A stretch of DNA of 64,000 bases from Macrostomum lignano. Its lineage: Eukaryota. The stretch spans positions 1-64,000 of the forward strand of contig NIVC01002699.1 of assembly GCA_002269645.1 (NCBI GenBank), given 5' to 3'. Position 1 is the first letter of the stretch. Each line of letters starts with the position of its first letter. Below are positions 22,141 to 50,453 of the stretch, piece by piece. The notes beneath the pieces were generated by a model. It made no database searches, was not told the origin of the DNA, and worked only from the letters and a program-made list of their open reading frames with translations. The position numbers and the translations under genes are program-made.

Positions 22141-25100
22141 GAAAGGGCCCCACAGCTGTTGTAAAGGTAAAACGGCAAAAATTATTTTATTACTCTCGTC
22201 AATCCTTTGCCCAACAGAAATTGCTTTCGGCGTATATAGGCGTAGTTCCATTTCTGCAAATAATCCAAATCCATTGAAAGCGCCTATATATCCAATCTAA
22301 TATACGAGCTAGGATGAAATATCTTTCTATGGAATATGTGAGGAGGGGGTGAAATGCGAAATCTGCACGAGGGGTGCTTCTGCCATGCATACAGCTGCAC
22401 GTGGCAGTGGGAGCCCGCGTACCGCGCAGATTCAGTAATATATCGCAATAGCGATAATATTCCTTGCTGCATCATGGATTAAGACTATATTGTATTGTAT
22501 ATGTTATACCGCTTCTTTCCATTGCAGCTGGTTTCGGCTTCCCCGACCCCCTCGGCCGCTCTTAATTCTTCTTCTGCCTTACTTGCGGGCGTATAGGAGA
22601 GAAAGATTGATACCAAGCAGCTGGCATATACAGCACAGTATGGTTGCATGGTGCATCACGAAACAGACTGCGTTTTTGTGAACCTTGGGAAGACCTACAT
22701 GTAAGCGTGCATGCTTGTACAACCATAGAGAGAATGTAAATACACATGCAAATAAAGCTTAGATGCCAAAAATGGCGTCGATGCTTGCTTTCTGCAGCGC
22801 TATATGTTTGATCCCCTCTTACTGCTGTATACACACTTTTTCTTCGGCAAGAGGTTCAGGAGAGCGAATACACAAAGTGAATCCGACCATAGCTATTTTG
22901 TAAACTCTGTAAACTTTAATTGTTTTGTACCATTTCAAAGCGCTGGATTTACATGAATTCACCACATGTAAAAAAGCATTCTGGAAGTAAAATTTGTAAA
23001 TGCTTGTCGATCCTTTCTCAGATAATTTATGAAATATTGTTAGTACTCAGCAATGATCCCTATGTGTCGACAGGTTTTACAGAACCAAAAAGCTGCGTCA
23101 CATAAATAAGAGAAATTAGGCCGGAAATTGACGTCCTAACTCAGACGCTTATCTAGAACTCCGCTCGTAATATGGAGTGTAACTACGTCATGTCATGCAC
23201 ACTGGTATATAGTTATATGTAGAGAATTATATGTAGTATATAACACACTTGTGAAATAATTAAGTTAAACATTCGATTCAATGTTTTAATTATGTTAATT
23301 ATTTTAAGATTTAGCAGCAGAAAAGGAAATTCCATAATTTCGCTGCTAATGCACCAATGAAAAACCTGCTTTGGACACGCCCAGTCTGTGCTGGAATGAT
23401 TCAAGCACGATATCTTTGAAACATTGTATTTTAGGACTTCAACTACTTAAAAATCATATATAATAAACTTAATTTGTATTGAATTATTCACTTGATATTT
23501 AAAGAATAATTTACGTTGTAGAGTATTAACCTAAAATGCTGAATTTGTTTTTATCAGCTTCTTTTTCGTACAAAAAGGAAATCTAAATTTCTAGGATGCA
23601 GTTTTTGATTCGATTCGAGTTTTTGATTCGGTTGGAGGGACTGAAATCGTACGATTGGTGGACTTTGAGCCTTCTGGTTCAAGATTCGTCGCTTCGAGAA
23701 TTAATGTACGCAGAGGTGAAGTTTTAACAAAAAAGTAATAGGTCATATTAAAACAGTAAAATTGAAAAAAGGTCGCTGAATTGTTGTCTTCCTCTTCCTT
23801 TTGTTTTGGTTGTTGGTCAGATCAGATCGTCAAATGTCGCTGAAAACTGAAACCTGACCAAATTGTTGTCTTCCTTTTGTTTTTGTTGCTGGTCAGATCA
23901 GATCGTCAAATATCATATTCCATTTCATTATTTTTATAGTATGATCAAGACTCAAGTGATGAGGTGCAGATAAATTTAAATTAAATAAGCTCAACTCAAA
24001 GCATTTGTTTGCATTTTTTCTATAGAAATAAATCTTAAACATATTAACTATTATCTATTTTTTGTATTTTATACTTTGAACTAAAACTAAGTATAACTAT
24101 GGGCTGTATTGTATAGTAATACTAAAAGGGCCTAGGCTAGGCCTAATTCATATTTAATTGTAATAATGATACAAAATTAATAAACCTTAAAACCTAAAGT
24201 CTAATTTCTGTGTCTCAACATATTTTACATGTGCATGTATTTTAGTGGCATGAGTCTTTTGACAATAAAACTTATTGTTATGCTTGTGCCTAATGATGAT
24301 AATTAATATTCATAAATTGCATTTTAAAATTAGATTTAGAATTGTTAATAAAAAATAATTATTTCTATTGCTGTTAATTTTAGATACTTATATTAATAAG
24401 TCATTTTTAAATACTGTAAATATAATAATTTTAATTTGAAATTTATCAAAAGTTGGAATAGAACAAAAAAAGATAAGTCAATTTGTATTTAAGCAACAAA
24501 AGAAACTATTAAAGTATTATTTACTTTAGCTTTTCTGCTTTAGCCAAGTCTCTGTGATTTCTATCTAATAATATAATGAACTATATTATTAGATAGATAG
24601 ATAGATAGAACTATATTATTAGACTATTGGTCAACCTGGCTAAGCTAGTTAGCACACATTGTAGCTAATGAAAGATGAAGGGTAAACAGTAAATAAAGTT
24701 TAGCTGTTGTTATAGGTATATCAATAAAGAGTATAGAAGGCTTTTATTTATTTTTAGCAAAATATCCTAAATGATTTGCACTTTAAATTAGCACGAATCT
24801 AAAAATTTTTTGATTTAATGTTTGTATTTTATGAAATTTTCCTAAAATTATTCTTTTCTTCAAAACAGCTTCAAAATTTAAATGCAAAGTTTTGGTAAGA
24901 AAGACCAACCTTGCCCACCACAGTTTAAACCTTTATGGCTTTTAGCATTTAGCAAAGTGAGTGATTAAAAAAAAGTATTCCTAGTAAACTTTAAAAGATT
25001 CAATTCATTTTAATTAATTTATAGTGAAGTGAAATAGAGAAATATATGACTATATATACTATTAAGAAGTAGAAAATAAAATAAAAAGATACAAAGTAGA

Positions 25101-28080
25101 ACCTTAAAATAAAGATAGAATACCAAAGGCTATGAGCTCTTATCTTGGGAATGTCTAGGATTGGAAGAGATATATGCAATATAGATACTAATAACATATT
25201 GCTTAGGGCAGTTTTATTGAGAATACTATTGGTCTATGATAATTGCCTAAGGATAACTTGCCTATCAAGATTTGCCTGCAGTACAATTTGCCTACAAGTA
25301 AACTACAAGCAAATTACCTATTAAATTTCTACCTTACCTAGGTTTGTTGGCAATGCTTTTTTCCTCTAGTAAATTTAGCTAGATAGCGGATTTTGTGTTT
25401 ATTGCCTTCTAAATGCTTAGTAAGTCTTAATAAAAAGATTTACCTAACTTAAAACATTTTGATAGTAACTGCATATCAAATTCATATTTTTCTTAGTAAA
25501 AATAATAAAAATGCTTTGTAGGCAAACCTTTGTAGGAAAGTAACTTAGCAGGCAATTAATTCAGTTATAGCCATAGGCAATTCACTCATAGGTAAATTGC
25601 ACTATGGGCAAATCTAATTGGCAATTCTTGGCAAGCAAATCTCAATGGGCAATTCACTCATGGGCAAAATACACTGTGGGCAAATCTCCCTAGGAAAAGC
25701 TTGGCAGGAAAATCTCTTGCAAGCAATTCTTGTGCTCTTGAATTCTAGTATATTTACTAAGTTTTACTAAGGCTACCAATACAATTAGAATGCTACCAAT
25801 AAGAAGAACAGAAAAATTGCCTGGATGAATACTAGGCCTAAGATATAGATTATACACTAAGAACTATAATTAGGTAAATACTGAGATCAATATACTAAGA
25901 AAAAATGAGAGAGAAGAAGACAAAGTAGAGGGTGGAGAGGAAAAGAGAAATGGGCAAGAAGAAAAAAGGAAAAGGAGGGAATAGAGAGCAGAAAAGGGAG
26001 AGGAAATAGAGAGAAGAGAAGGAAAAAAGAAAAGGAGAGAAGAGAGAAAAGAAAGAAGAGGGAAAGAGGGGAGAAAAGAGAGAAAACAATCAAAATGCAA
26101 TCAAGTTGAAGGGCATTGAAGCACCAGAAGTGGATTCTACATTGTCTGCAGAACATTATTCCTAATTGAATTTTTGAAACTATAATAGCTAGTAACAAAA
26201 AGTCCTAATGGCCCTTTCTGTGACATTTTACTAAGCATTGCTGGCTGTTAGTCCATTGCAACTACAGCAAGAAAGTTGTAAGAAGTTATAAAAAATTACT
26301 GGCTAAAGATGTAAATATGTGGATATAGATAGGCTATAGGAAAAATTATAGGTATGACTATGGACAGGCCTATGGATATGGAAAAATTTTAGTTGCAGTG
26401 GAACTCTACTAACAGAATTGATAGTTTTTTGGTTTTTAATAGTTTTAGACAAATTAACATATTTGACACTTTTTGCATAATTTTATAGTCTAAATATTTT
26501 TTTGCTTTTGGAGTATGGTACAAATGCAAGTAAAATTTTATTTTAAGCAAGTTGCATTGTTAATGTTATTTCAGAACTTACATATGAGTCTACCTATAGT
26601 CTAAATATATAGGTACAAATGTTTGTAAAACAAATCAAGAATCTACAATCTAGTCTTTTAATTCTTTTTTTAGATTAAGTCAATTTTTTTGTTTTTATAG
26701 TTATAAATCTAAACCAGTTATTTTCTTGAAGCATTTTAAATAGCAATATAACTTGACAATTAAGTTTAAAATACCCATTGGCTTTCAATTACTCATAAAA
26801 ATGCCAAATCTTTATTTAGGTTTTCTATCTTGTGTAGCTTTGTTATAATACTAAGTATATAATTAAAAAAATCAGCTTAAGGCATAGTAAAGACCAAAAA
26901 TTAATTGAAGCTATTTCTAAACTTTATAACCATGTAAAAGCAATTCTCATTTTCAGTTGTTGACTTGAATCATTGGAGAAAATGGCAAACTAAGTGCTGT
27001 TCAAGAGAAAAATAAATTTCTTTAATAACTGAAATGTAAGTTTTTTTCTTTGTTGCTTAGTTTGTGGTATCCAGTTTTTGTAGAACAATTTAATTGGTAA
27101 TAATTTCATCTGTTAATTTTATTTTACCAATATCAAGTTTCATCAAGTGTTCTGTGTAAGTACATTATACCATTGTGTTGAAGAAGCATTTCCTTTAATT
27201 ATAGAACTGCTACTTTCTATATAGTATGTAGTTTTAATACTTTACTATAAAATCTATAGACTTACTCTGTCTATCAGTAGAGACTGTTAGCTTAGAAAAA
27301 TGCAGTGTTTTACTATTCAATAGGCTAGGTTTTGTAGTTTGTGCAATAAATTTTACAACGTTTCTATTGCTGCAAAATTAGTGAATTCTTGCAAATGTGC
27401 TATCAAAACTTCAAGCTAAAGGGTAGAGAAATTCGTACAGTGCATTGTTATAATTATTGAAGTGAAAAATTCAAATTTCTATAAAAACGGCTGCGAATTA
27501 CACTACTGTTAGTAGGCTACTAAGAAGGTACAACATCTTTATCTTATAGACTTCGTGTTGCTAAAAATAGCCTAGATAAGAGTGAAGAATACTCTGGGGC
27601 CTATCTGTGAACTTCTTTCTACTTATCTATATTATATTCCAATCGGCGATTAATATGCAACAAATAAATTGTGTCAGGCGTGGCGTGACGGTTGACTGTT
27701 CGGTCTGTTTAACTTCATTCGCATTATAATTGGCGTTTGCCGAGTTAACACAGAGAGCAAAGCCTGGCTACCACCTTGCCAACGTGCTTTCTGTAGCTGT
27801 ATTAGGCAGGAAAAAGTGCAAATGAAAATCTTCACCTCTTTCCATTAATTTTGCGCGATAATGACTCGCAGACGTTTAGAACTATGCCGATTTTAGTCGC
27901 ATTGTTTTACTGTAAGTTATGAAGCAGCTGTCGATTTTGAGCAATATTTTAATTTCCTATTGTATGCGTCTTGCGTTTCTCTCTTGTTATTCTGTGCTGT
28001 TTTTTGTACTTGCGATATCTATTGCTTTTATATTGTTCTTAACTTGCTTTCTATCTCATTTGAATATCGCTTGTTAGTGT

Positions 28081-28082
28081 CA

Positions 28083-28118
<36 letters not shown>

Positions 28119-28120
28119 CC

Positions 28121-28163
<43 letters not shown>

Positions 28164-28346
28164 GTGTCTGTCTGTCTGTCTGTCTTTCTGTCTGTCTGTC
28201 TGTTTGTCTGTCCGCCTGTCTGCCTGTCCGTCTGTCTGTCTGTTTGTCTGTCTGTCCGTCTGTCTGTCTGTCTGTCTGTCTTTCTGTCTGTCTGTTTGTC
28301 TGCCTGTCTGTCTGTCTGTCAGTCTGTCTGTCAGTCTGTCTGTCTT

Positions 28347-28385
<39 letters not shown>

Positions 28386-28448
28386 GACTGTCTGTCTGTT
28401 TGTCTGTCTGTCTTTCTGTCTTTCTGTCTGTCTGTCTGCCTGTCTGTC
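28081..28448. repeat. (CTGT)n microsatellite
   Basis: Direct reading. Confidence 0.98.
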
Positions 28449-28632
28449 TTCCATATTAAGGTACAGCTTTCTTTCTATTTAATTAACGCTGTGAATTCTC
28501 TTCTACTTTTGAATAGTTCCTATAGACAGCTCAGTAAGCCCGCATTCCCACTGACTTGGCTCGCCTCCCCGACTGTGCAGGGACAAAGTGAAGTCAGCCG
28601 GCCGCAGCCGCAGTCCCCTCAAAGGCTACCAG

Positions 28633-42718
<14,086 letters not shown>

Positions 42719-43064
42719 GTCTTCACCATTGCACTGTGGCATGGGTCAGTCAGTCTGTCTGTCTGTCTTTAACCTCGACCACCTGCTTTCCGAAATTCTT
42801 TTTCTATTGGCCTTTTTGTCCCCTATTTGTTGTCTCAGTTATTTGTTTATTTATTTATTGCTAAACTGACTGACCATTTCATCGATTAATGCAAAATGAG
42901 AACTTTGGTTAAAAAACGGCATTCCTCATCATGCGATTCAATAGTCCTGTCACTCTCACCATATCTATTTAGTCATTTGTGCATTTCATTACACCCTTTC
43001 AGATATCGTATTTTTAATGGCTGAATTATAGAAGGTGGGATTTTTTATTTTCCAATTGTAGAGG

Positions 43065-43845
43065 GTGAGAGGGTGAGAATTTGAAATTTTCAGTTTTTAG
43101 GGGGTTAGAATTTGAAATTTTCAGTTTTTAGGGGGTGAGAATTTGAAATTTTCAGTTTTTAGGGGGTGAGAATTTGAAATTTTCAGTTTTAGAGGGTGAG
43201 AATTTGAAATTTTCAGTTTTAGAGGGTGAGATTTGAAATTTTCTATCTGTAGGGGTGAGATTTTGAAATATCCAGTTTTAGGGGTGAGATTTTGAAATAT
43301 CTAGTTTTAGGGGAGAGATTTTGAAATATCCAGTTTTAGGGGAGAGATTTTGAAATATCTAGTTTTAGGGGAGAGATTTTGAAATATCTAGTTTTAGGGG
43401 AGAGATTTTGAAATATCTAGTTTTAGGGGAGAGATTTTGAAATATCTAGTTTTAGGGGAGAGATTTTGAAATATCTAGTTTTAGGGGAGAGATTTTGAAA
43501 TATCTAGTTTTAGGGGTGAGATTTTAAAATATCCAGTTTTAGGGGTGAGATTTTAAAATATCTAGTTTTAGGGGAGAGATTTTGAAATATCTAGTTTTAG
43601 GGGTGAGATTTTGAAATATCTAGTTTTAGGGGTGAGATTTTAAAATATCCAGTTTTAGGGGTGAGATTTTAAAATATCCAGTTTTAGGGGTGAGATTTTA
43701 AAATATCCAGTTTTAGGGGTGAGATTTTAAAATATCCAGTTTTAGGGGAGAGATTTTGAAATATCTAGTTTTAGGGGTGAGATTTTGAAATATCTAGTTT
43801 TAGGGGTGAGATTTTGAAATATCTAGTTTTAGGGGTGAGATTTAG
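43065..43845. repeat. 28-29-bp minisatellite GAGATTTTGAAATATCTAGTTTTAGGGG
   Basis: Direct reading; downstream of the ABCG stop codon. Confidence 0.96.
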
Positions 43846-45289
43846 TATTCATCCTTGTTTCAATGGTTAAGTTTTGAGATCTTTAATTTATAAAGGGACT
43901 CAATGGGTGTGAGAATTTGAAATCAACAATTTGTTTTTAAGATCTAAAAAACACATACATGTAAGGGGAATTTTGTCTAGGTAGGCAGAAGTCGGTGTGA
44001 ACTTAAAATGTGCCATGTCTTGCTCATCAGGCCGTTTTCTGTGTTCTGAGCTGCATCATGTGAATTATAAGACATGTTTTACATTTCTGTGTTTATGGTC
44101 TGTTCAATCTGTGTCAGAACTTGGACCCTCGTGCATTCCGCAAGGCAACACACTTTTTTCTTTAGTTTTTTTTGCTTAATTTCCTTTGCACTGGTTCGTT
44201 TTAACCTGGGAGTTTAGTTACGAATAATGTGACGACTTTTAATTAGAAAGTTTTACATTCCAACTCTGATGTGCAATATTGTAAAACATTGTATTAAGAG
44301 AAGTACATTTTTAGCAATCTACTATAAACATCTCTGTTTTTATTCATAAAACTCTCTACTGATCTACTGACAGTAGTGCAATAAGGGTCTGTCAGCGAAT
44401 TGTGTTATTATTATTTATTGTTTTATTCATTAACCGCTTTTAGCCTGATATATCTATATATACATTCCTTACTCTAAAGCCGTTTTATTAAAAGAACAAT
44501 TCATTAAAGGTCGGGTCGTCTTTCACTCCCGATATGGAAATTGGTGATCAATTAAGTGCAATAATTTAATGATTAAATTTAATTGGCACTTTGAAATCAA
44601 GTCGCTCTGCACTATACATATATAATCTATGCATGTTAATGCAGATTACTTCTTAGTATATTTTCTAGTTTTTAATGCTGTCTTCTTTCTCTTCATGCGC
44701 CTTTGGTCTCTTGGTGATTGGAAAATATTATAATGTATATTTATATAACTCACTCTAACAATACATTTATATGCTCATTGTGTGTGTGTTTTTTTAGTGT
44801 TTTCTCTTTACGCAAACTGGCTGTAAATGTATAAGTTATGCAATTACTTAAACGGACTAATAAAAGTTGCGGGTACAGAGAGGAGATCTTTGTGTCATCT
44901 AATTCTCTATCAGTATGTCCGCAGAAAAGTTTTTAAATCTATTTTTGTCTTTATTTTAAACAATTAAAACAAAATAATAATTGGAAAAGTTTAGATAAGC
45001 ACCCAAGCCTATTTACTTAATTCATGTCTACTCAATTGATATACTCGTAGTTGGCTTTAATAGCAATTATCAAAAGAGAAATTATCCAGTGAATTGATGA
45101 CCGCAATACAATATTACAATGCAATCTGTTTTATCGCTATGGATAATTTGTCATAGGCAGTTTTTGTAATTTTATAGTTCTTATAATTATAGTTTAAGTA
45201 TGAATCTGATTATGCGTATTATGGCTCTGCTTGCATTCAGCTACCTTTTTTCTCATTTAGGTGTCTTCTGTAGATTCGTGTGCCACTCT

Positions 45290-46868
45290 TGTGTGATTGT
45301 TGTGTCACTCCTCTGTGTCGTTGTTGTGTCACTCCTCTGTGTGATTGGGTTGTGTCACTCCTCTGTGTGATTGGTGTGTGACTTCTTTGTGATTGTTGTG
45401 CCACTTCTGTGTGATTGGTGTGTGACTTCTTTGTGATTGTTGTGCCACTTCTGTGTGATTGGTGTGTGACTTCTTTGTGATTGTTGTGCCACTTCTGTGT
45501 GATTGGTGTGTGACTTCTTTGTGATTGGTGTGTCACTCCTGTGTGATTGTTGTGTCACTCCTCTGAGTGATTGGGTTGTGTCACTCCTCTGTGTGATTGG
45601 GTTGTGTCACTCCTCTGTGTGATTGGTGTGTGACTTCTTTGTGATTGTTGTGCCACTTCTGTGTGATTGGTGTGTGACTTCTTTGTGATTGGTGTGTCAC
45701 TCCTGTGTGATTGTTGTGTCACTCCTCTGAGTGATTGGGTTGTGTCACTCCTCTGTGTGATTGGGTTGTGTCACTCCTCTGTGTGATTGGTGTGTGACTT
45801 CTTTGTGATTGTTGTGCCACTTCTGTGTGATTGGTGTGTGACTTCTTTGTGATTGGTGTGTCACTCCTGTGTGATTGTTGTGTCACTCCTCTGAGTGATT
45901 GGGTTGTGTCACTCCTCTGTGTGATTGGTGTGTGACTTCTTTGTGATTGGTGTGTCACTCCTGTGTGATTGGTGTGTCACTCCTCTGAGTGATTGGTGTG
46001 TCACTCCTGTGTGATTGGTGTGTCACTCCTCTGTGTGATTGGTGTGTCACTCCTCTGTGTGATTGGTGTGTCACTCCTCTGTGTGATTGGTGTGTCACTC
46101 CTCTGTGTGATTGTTGTGCCACTTCTATATGATTGTTGTGTCACTCCTCTGTGTGATTGTTGTGTCACTCCTCTGTGTCATTGTTGTGTCACTCCTCTGT
46201 GTGATTGGGTTGTGTCACTCCTCTGTGTGATTGGTGTGCCACTCCTGTGTGTGATTGGTGTGTGACTTCTTTGTGATTGTTGTGCCACTCCTGTGTGTGA
46301 TTGGTGTGTGACTTCTTTGTGATTGTTGTGCCACTTCTGTGTGATTGGTGTGTCACTTCTGTGTGATTGGTGTGTCACTCCTCTGTGTGATTGGTGTGTC
46401 ACTCCTCTGTGTGATTGGTGTGTCACTCCTCTGTGTGATTGGTGTGTCACTCCTCTGTGTGATTGGTGTGTCACTCCTCTGTGTGATTGGTGTGTCACTC
46501 CTCTGTGTGATTGGTGTGTCACTCCTCTGTGTGATTGTTGTGCCACTTCTATATGATTGTTGTGTCACTCCTCTGTGTGATTGTTGTGTCACTCCTCTGT
46601 GTCATTGTTGTGTCACTCCTCTGTGTGATTGGGTTGTGTCACTCCTCTGTGTGATTGGTGTGCCACTCCTGTGTGTGATTGGTGTGCCACTCCTGTGTGA
46701 TTGGTGTGTCACTCCTCTGTGTGATTGTTGTGTCACTCCTCTGTGTGATTGGTGTGTCACTCCTCTGTGATTGGTGTGTGACTTCTTTGTGATTGTTGTG
46801 CCACTTCTGTGTGATTGGTGTGTCACTTCTGTGTGATTGGTGTGCCACTTCCGTGTGATTGGTGTGCC
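45290..46868. repeat. ~24-bp minisatellite family CTCTGTGTGATTGGTGTGTCACTC with higher-order blocks
   Basis: Direct reading; explains the HRGVTHQS/CVIGVSLL pseudo-ORFs. Confidence 0.96.
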
Positions 46869-47018
46869 AATATTGCGACACTATATACAAAAGGCACGCT
46901 AATTTTGAGTTTGTACACTTGTTTTCTACGGTATTTTTTATTGTATACTTGTTAAAACGCGCTCAATTTTTTATATTCTAATTATTTGTTATCAAAAGAA
47001 TAATTATTGCACATACTG

Positions 47019-50000
47019 TCAAGCCTTCACGCCTTTCTTGCGTTGGCATCCGAATATTCGACGGCACCAAAATTTACACCGGTTGTCGTCGTCTTCTCCG
47101 AGCTCGTCTGGTCCGCCGAGTAGCAGCAGGCTCTGCTGTCGCGATTGAGCCTTCTCCAGTTGTTCTCGCTGACGCTGTTTCCGGTGCTGTCTAGACCGTT
47201 GGTGGTGTAGAAGCACTTCGGCTAGCAGCTGCGAGGTCAGACGATGTCTAATAAGTTGCTGAACGCAATCGCCGTGTTGATGCTGGCATCGATGAGGCAG
47301 TAGGCAGCTGGACGGTCGCTGTACTATGTAGAATCGGCCGCACACTGAGCTGGCAAATACCCGGCCAAAATTCACTCCGGCTTGTGCGGTTTCGCTTAAA
47401 CTGTAGGCGCAGGTGCCGCTGGAGATCGCCACGATTATTGGCAGGGCAGAGAGGTCTGCTTGTTGCGGCGAGGTGAAATTTCGGGATCTTGCTAGGTGTT
47501 GTGTTTTCTGAGTTCGGTATAGAGTCAGATATAACTTTAATTCAACCATTCTCTTGAGCCTTTTCGCCCTTTGGATGTACTTAAGGCTACTCAGACTACT
47601 GGAATATTTGCTGTCCGAGAAATTCCCCTTAGTTTCTTAGCTACATTCTCCGAGCGATTGCTCTGTTGTCCTTGGCTACAATTCTCCGAGCGATTGCTCT
47701 GGTGTCCTTGGCTACATTCACTGAGCGATTGCTCTGGAGTCCTTGGCTACATTCACTGAGCGATTGCTCTGTTGTCCTTGGCTACATTCACTGAGCGATT
47801 GCTCTGGAGTCCTTGGCTACATTCACTGAGCGATTGCTCTGGAGTCCTTGGCTACATTCTCCGAGCGATTGCTCTGTTGTCCTTGGCTACATTCTCCGAG
47901 CGATTGCTCTGTTGTCCTTGGCTACAATTCTCCGAGCGATTACTCTGGTGTCCTTGGCTACAATTCTCCGAGCGATTGCTCTGGAGTCCTTGGCTACAAT
48001 TCTCCGAGCGATTGCTCTGGAGTCCTTGGCTACATTCTCCGAGCGATTGCTCTGTTGTCCTTGGCTACATTCTCCGAGCGATTGCTCTGTTGTCCTTGGC
48101 TACAATTCTCCGAGCGATTACTCTGGTGTCCTTGGCTACAATTCTCCGAGCGATTGCTCTGGAGTCCTTGGCTACAATTCTCCGAGCGATTGCTCTGGAG
48201 TCCTTGGCTACAATTCTCCGAGCGATTGCTCTGGAGTCCTTGGCTACAATTCTCCGAGCGATTACTCTGGAGTCCTTGGCTACAATTCTCCGAGCGATTG
48301 CTCTGGAGTCCTTGGCTACAATTCTCCGAGCGATTGCTCTGGAGTCCTTGGCTACAATTCTCCGAGCGATTGCTCAGGATTCCTTGGCTACAATTCTCCG
48401 AGCGATTACTCTGGAGTCCTTGGCTACAATTCTCCGAGCGATTACTCTGGAGTCCTTGGCTACAATTCTCCGAGCGATTGCTCTGGAGTCCTTGGCTACA
48501 ATTCTCCGAGCGATTACTCTGGAGTCCTTGGCTACAATTCTCCGAGCGATTACTCTGGAGTCCTTGGCTACAATTCTCCGAGCGATTGCTCTGGAGTCCT
48601 TGGCTACAATTCTCCGAGCGATTACTCTGGAGTCCTTGGCTACAATTCTCCGAGCGATTACTCTGGAGTCCTTGGCTACATTATCCGAGCAATTACCCTA
48701 CTTGAGTCCTTGGTTACGTTATCCGAGCAATTACCCTACTTGAGTCCATGGTTACGTTATCCGAGCAATTACCCTACTTGAGTCCTTGGTTACGTTATCC
48801 GAGCAATTACCCTACTTGAGTCCATGGTTACGTTATCCGAGCAATTACCCTACTTGAGTCCTTGGTTACGTTATCCGAGCAATTACCCTACTTGAGTCCT
48901 TGGTTACGTTATCCGAGCAATTACCCTACTTGAGTCCTTGGTTACGTTATCCGAGCAATTACCCTACTTGAGTCCTTGGTTACGTTTTCCGAGCTTGAGC
49001 TTAAAAGTTAAAAAGCATGGTACTTTTGTTTGCGTAATGATCCCTGTAAATATTATGGAGAATTACCTTGCTCCGCTTGCTGCTTGCCGACCATTCTCGC
49101 TAGCGATTCCGCCGTATCGCTTCCCAACGTCATGGACACTTTCCTTTTCGCCTCCTTAACGAAGCTGTACCAGCTGGCCAGATCGCGCTGGGCCGCCTCG
49201 AAGCCCTCGGCAGGATTGTACGCTAGAATGACGCAGTGCGCGTCCGTAATATAGTTGCAAATCAGATTGCGATACCTTGGCTTGCCCGAAGTGTCCCACA
49301 GGTGTAACAGGACGGTTTTGCCGACTCCGCCTTTGCTGCAGCCTGCTTGGGCGGCACCTTGATTGTCAATCAGACGAACTTTGCACAGATTGACTGTCAC
49401 GCCGATTGTGCCATCCGACTCCGCGACATCGTTGGTTGCTAATGGACTGTCCGAAAAGTAGTTCTTGTACGCTGTTAAATGTGGTTTTTGATCGATAATT
49501 TTGGTCATGCAGCTATCAAGATTGAGTGTTGACCCAATCGAATTAAACTTCTTAGATTATTCGATTTTATAAGGCCTTGAGTATTGTGCGCTAACTGACC
49601 GAAAATGGAAAATTTAGGGTCAGCTGAGGCTGGACATAAATAGAGATTGGACTTTAATAGGAACTTTAAAATACTTTAAAATATCAAAACTTAAATTTTC
49701 GACACCTATAGGAGTCGCTTTCTCACTGTGGAAATTTGACATTGTCGAAATTGAAATTGAAATGAATAAAAATGGACATGCATGCTCAGCGTCCATTTGG
49801 CAGGTGCCGGTTGGTCACGTACGATAATTCCTCAAACAAATGAGCGTTTGGCAAATGTAAGAAGCTTATAAGAAAATCTGCAGAGAAGGCTGTCTGTCGG
49901 ATCAGTATATAGAAAGAAATTAAAAACAAAGAGTTGCGACTGTTAATGTTCTTAACAATGGAATGTTCATGAATGAAGTTAGACACTACGAAGGAAATTT

Positions 50001-50453
50001 TTTAGGAATTTTATAATACCAGTATATATTATATTTATAGAGAAAAGGATAACCAAATTCTGATTCTCGACAATGTGAAACTTCGACGACATTGCTATTT
50101 CGACGCCATAATGGTACCGACATTTAACTTTTCTGACGTAAAACTTCATGCTTTTATTCGAGTGAATGCTCCAATTCAGAAGTCACTGAACCAACATGGA
50201 CAGGGCAGCATAAATTGCCTTAGTTATTAATTACTTTAATCCACGTCAGAAGGCTCAGAAATCCATGTTAGATTACATTCGACTTACGTCTCTGCTTTTG
50301 TCGAGCCATCAATCGTTCGATTAGCCAAGTCTTGCCTGTCCCGCTGTTGCCCAGGGCAACCACTTTGTAATTGCATTGCTTCTCGCTGGCAGTTTTGTCA
50401 ACCGTTTTATCGGATGATCTGTTGAGAAGATGGCTGCAACTTCTTCGACGCAT
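47019..50453 (-). CDS. Divergent Rab/Ras-like small GTPase (~347 aa). Exons 50453-50288, 49471-49067, 47491-47019
   Basis: Two phase-1 GT-AG introns join YKVVALGNSGTGKT (G1), GTIGV (G2/effector), LHLWDTSGKPRYRNLICNYITDAHCVILAY (G3 and Rab-like helix), LPIIVAISS (beta5, no NKxD) and SETAQAGVNFGRVF (G5-like). The start codon is the first ATG after an acceptor-like site at 50578, so the 5' end is uncertain. Confidence 0.78.
47600..48990. repeat. 35/36/38-bp minisatellite family (TCCGAGCGATTGCTCTGGAGTCCTTGGCTACAATTC changing to TCCGAGCAATTACCCTACTTGAGTCCTTGGTTACGTTA)
   Basis: Direct reading; fills intron 2 of the Rab-like gene. Confidence 0.97.

Noticed and set aside
23640-23720. GGTTCAAGATTC segment resembling a tRNA T-loop
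   Set aside because: No cloverleaf stems or A-box could be built around it.
22300-27900. Long AT-rich stretch with short ORFs and a purine-rich run at 25890-26090
   Set aside because: No coding motifs, splice-consistent exons or inverted termini were recognised; treated as intergenic or UTR-intron DNA.
45237-48781. HRGVTHQS, CVIGVSLL and SLATILRAIALE repeat ORFs
   Set aside because: These are satellite translations; multiple frames are open and no splice or domain support exists.
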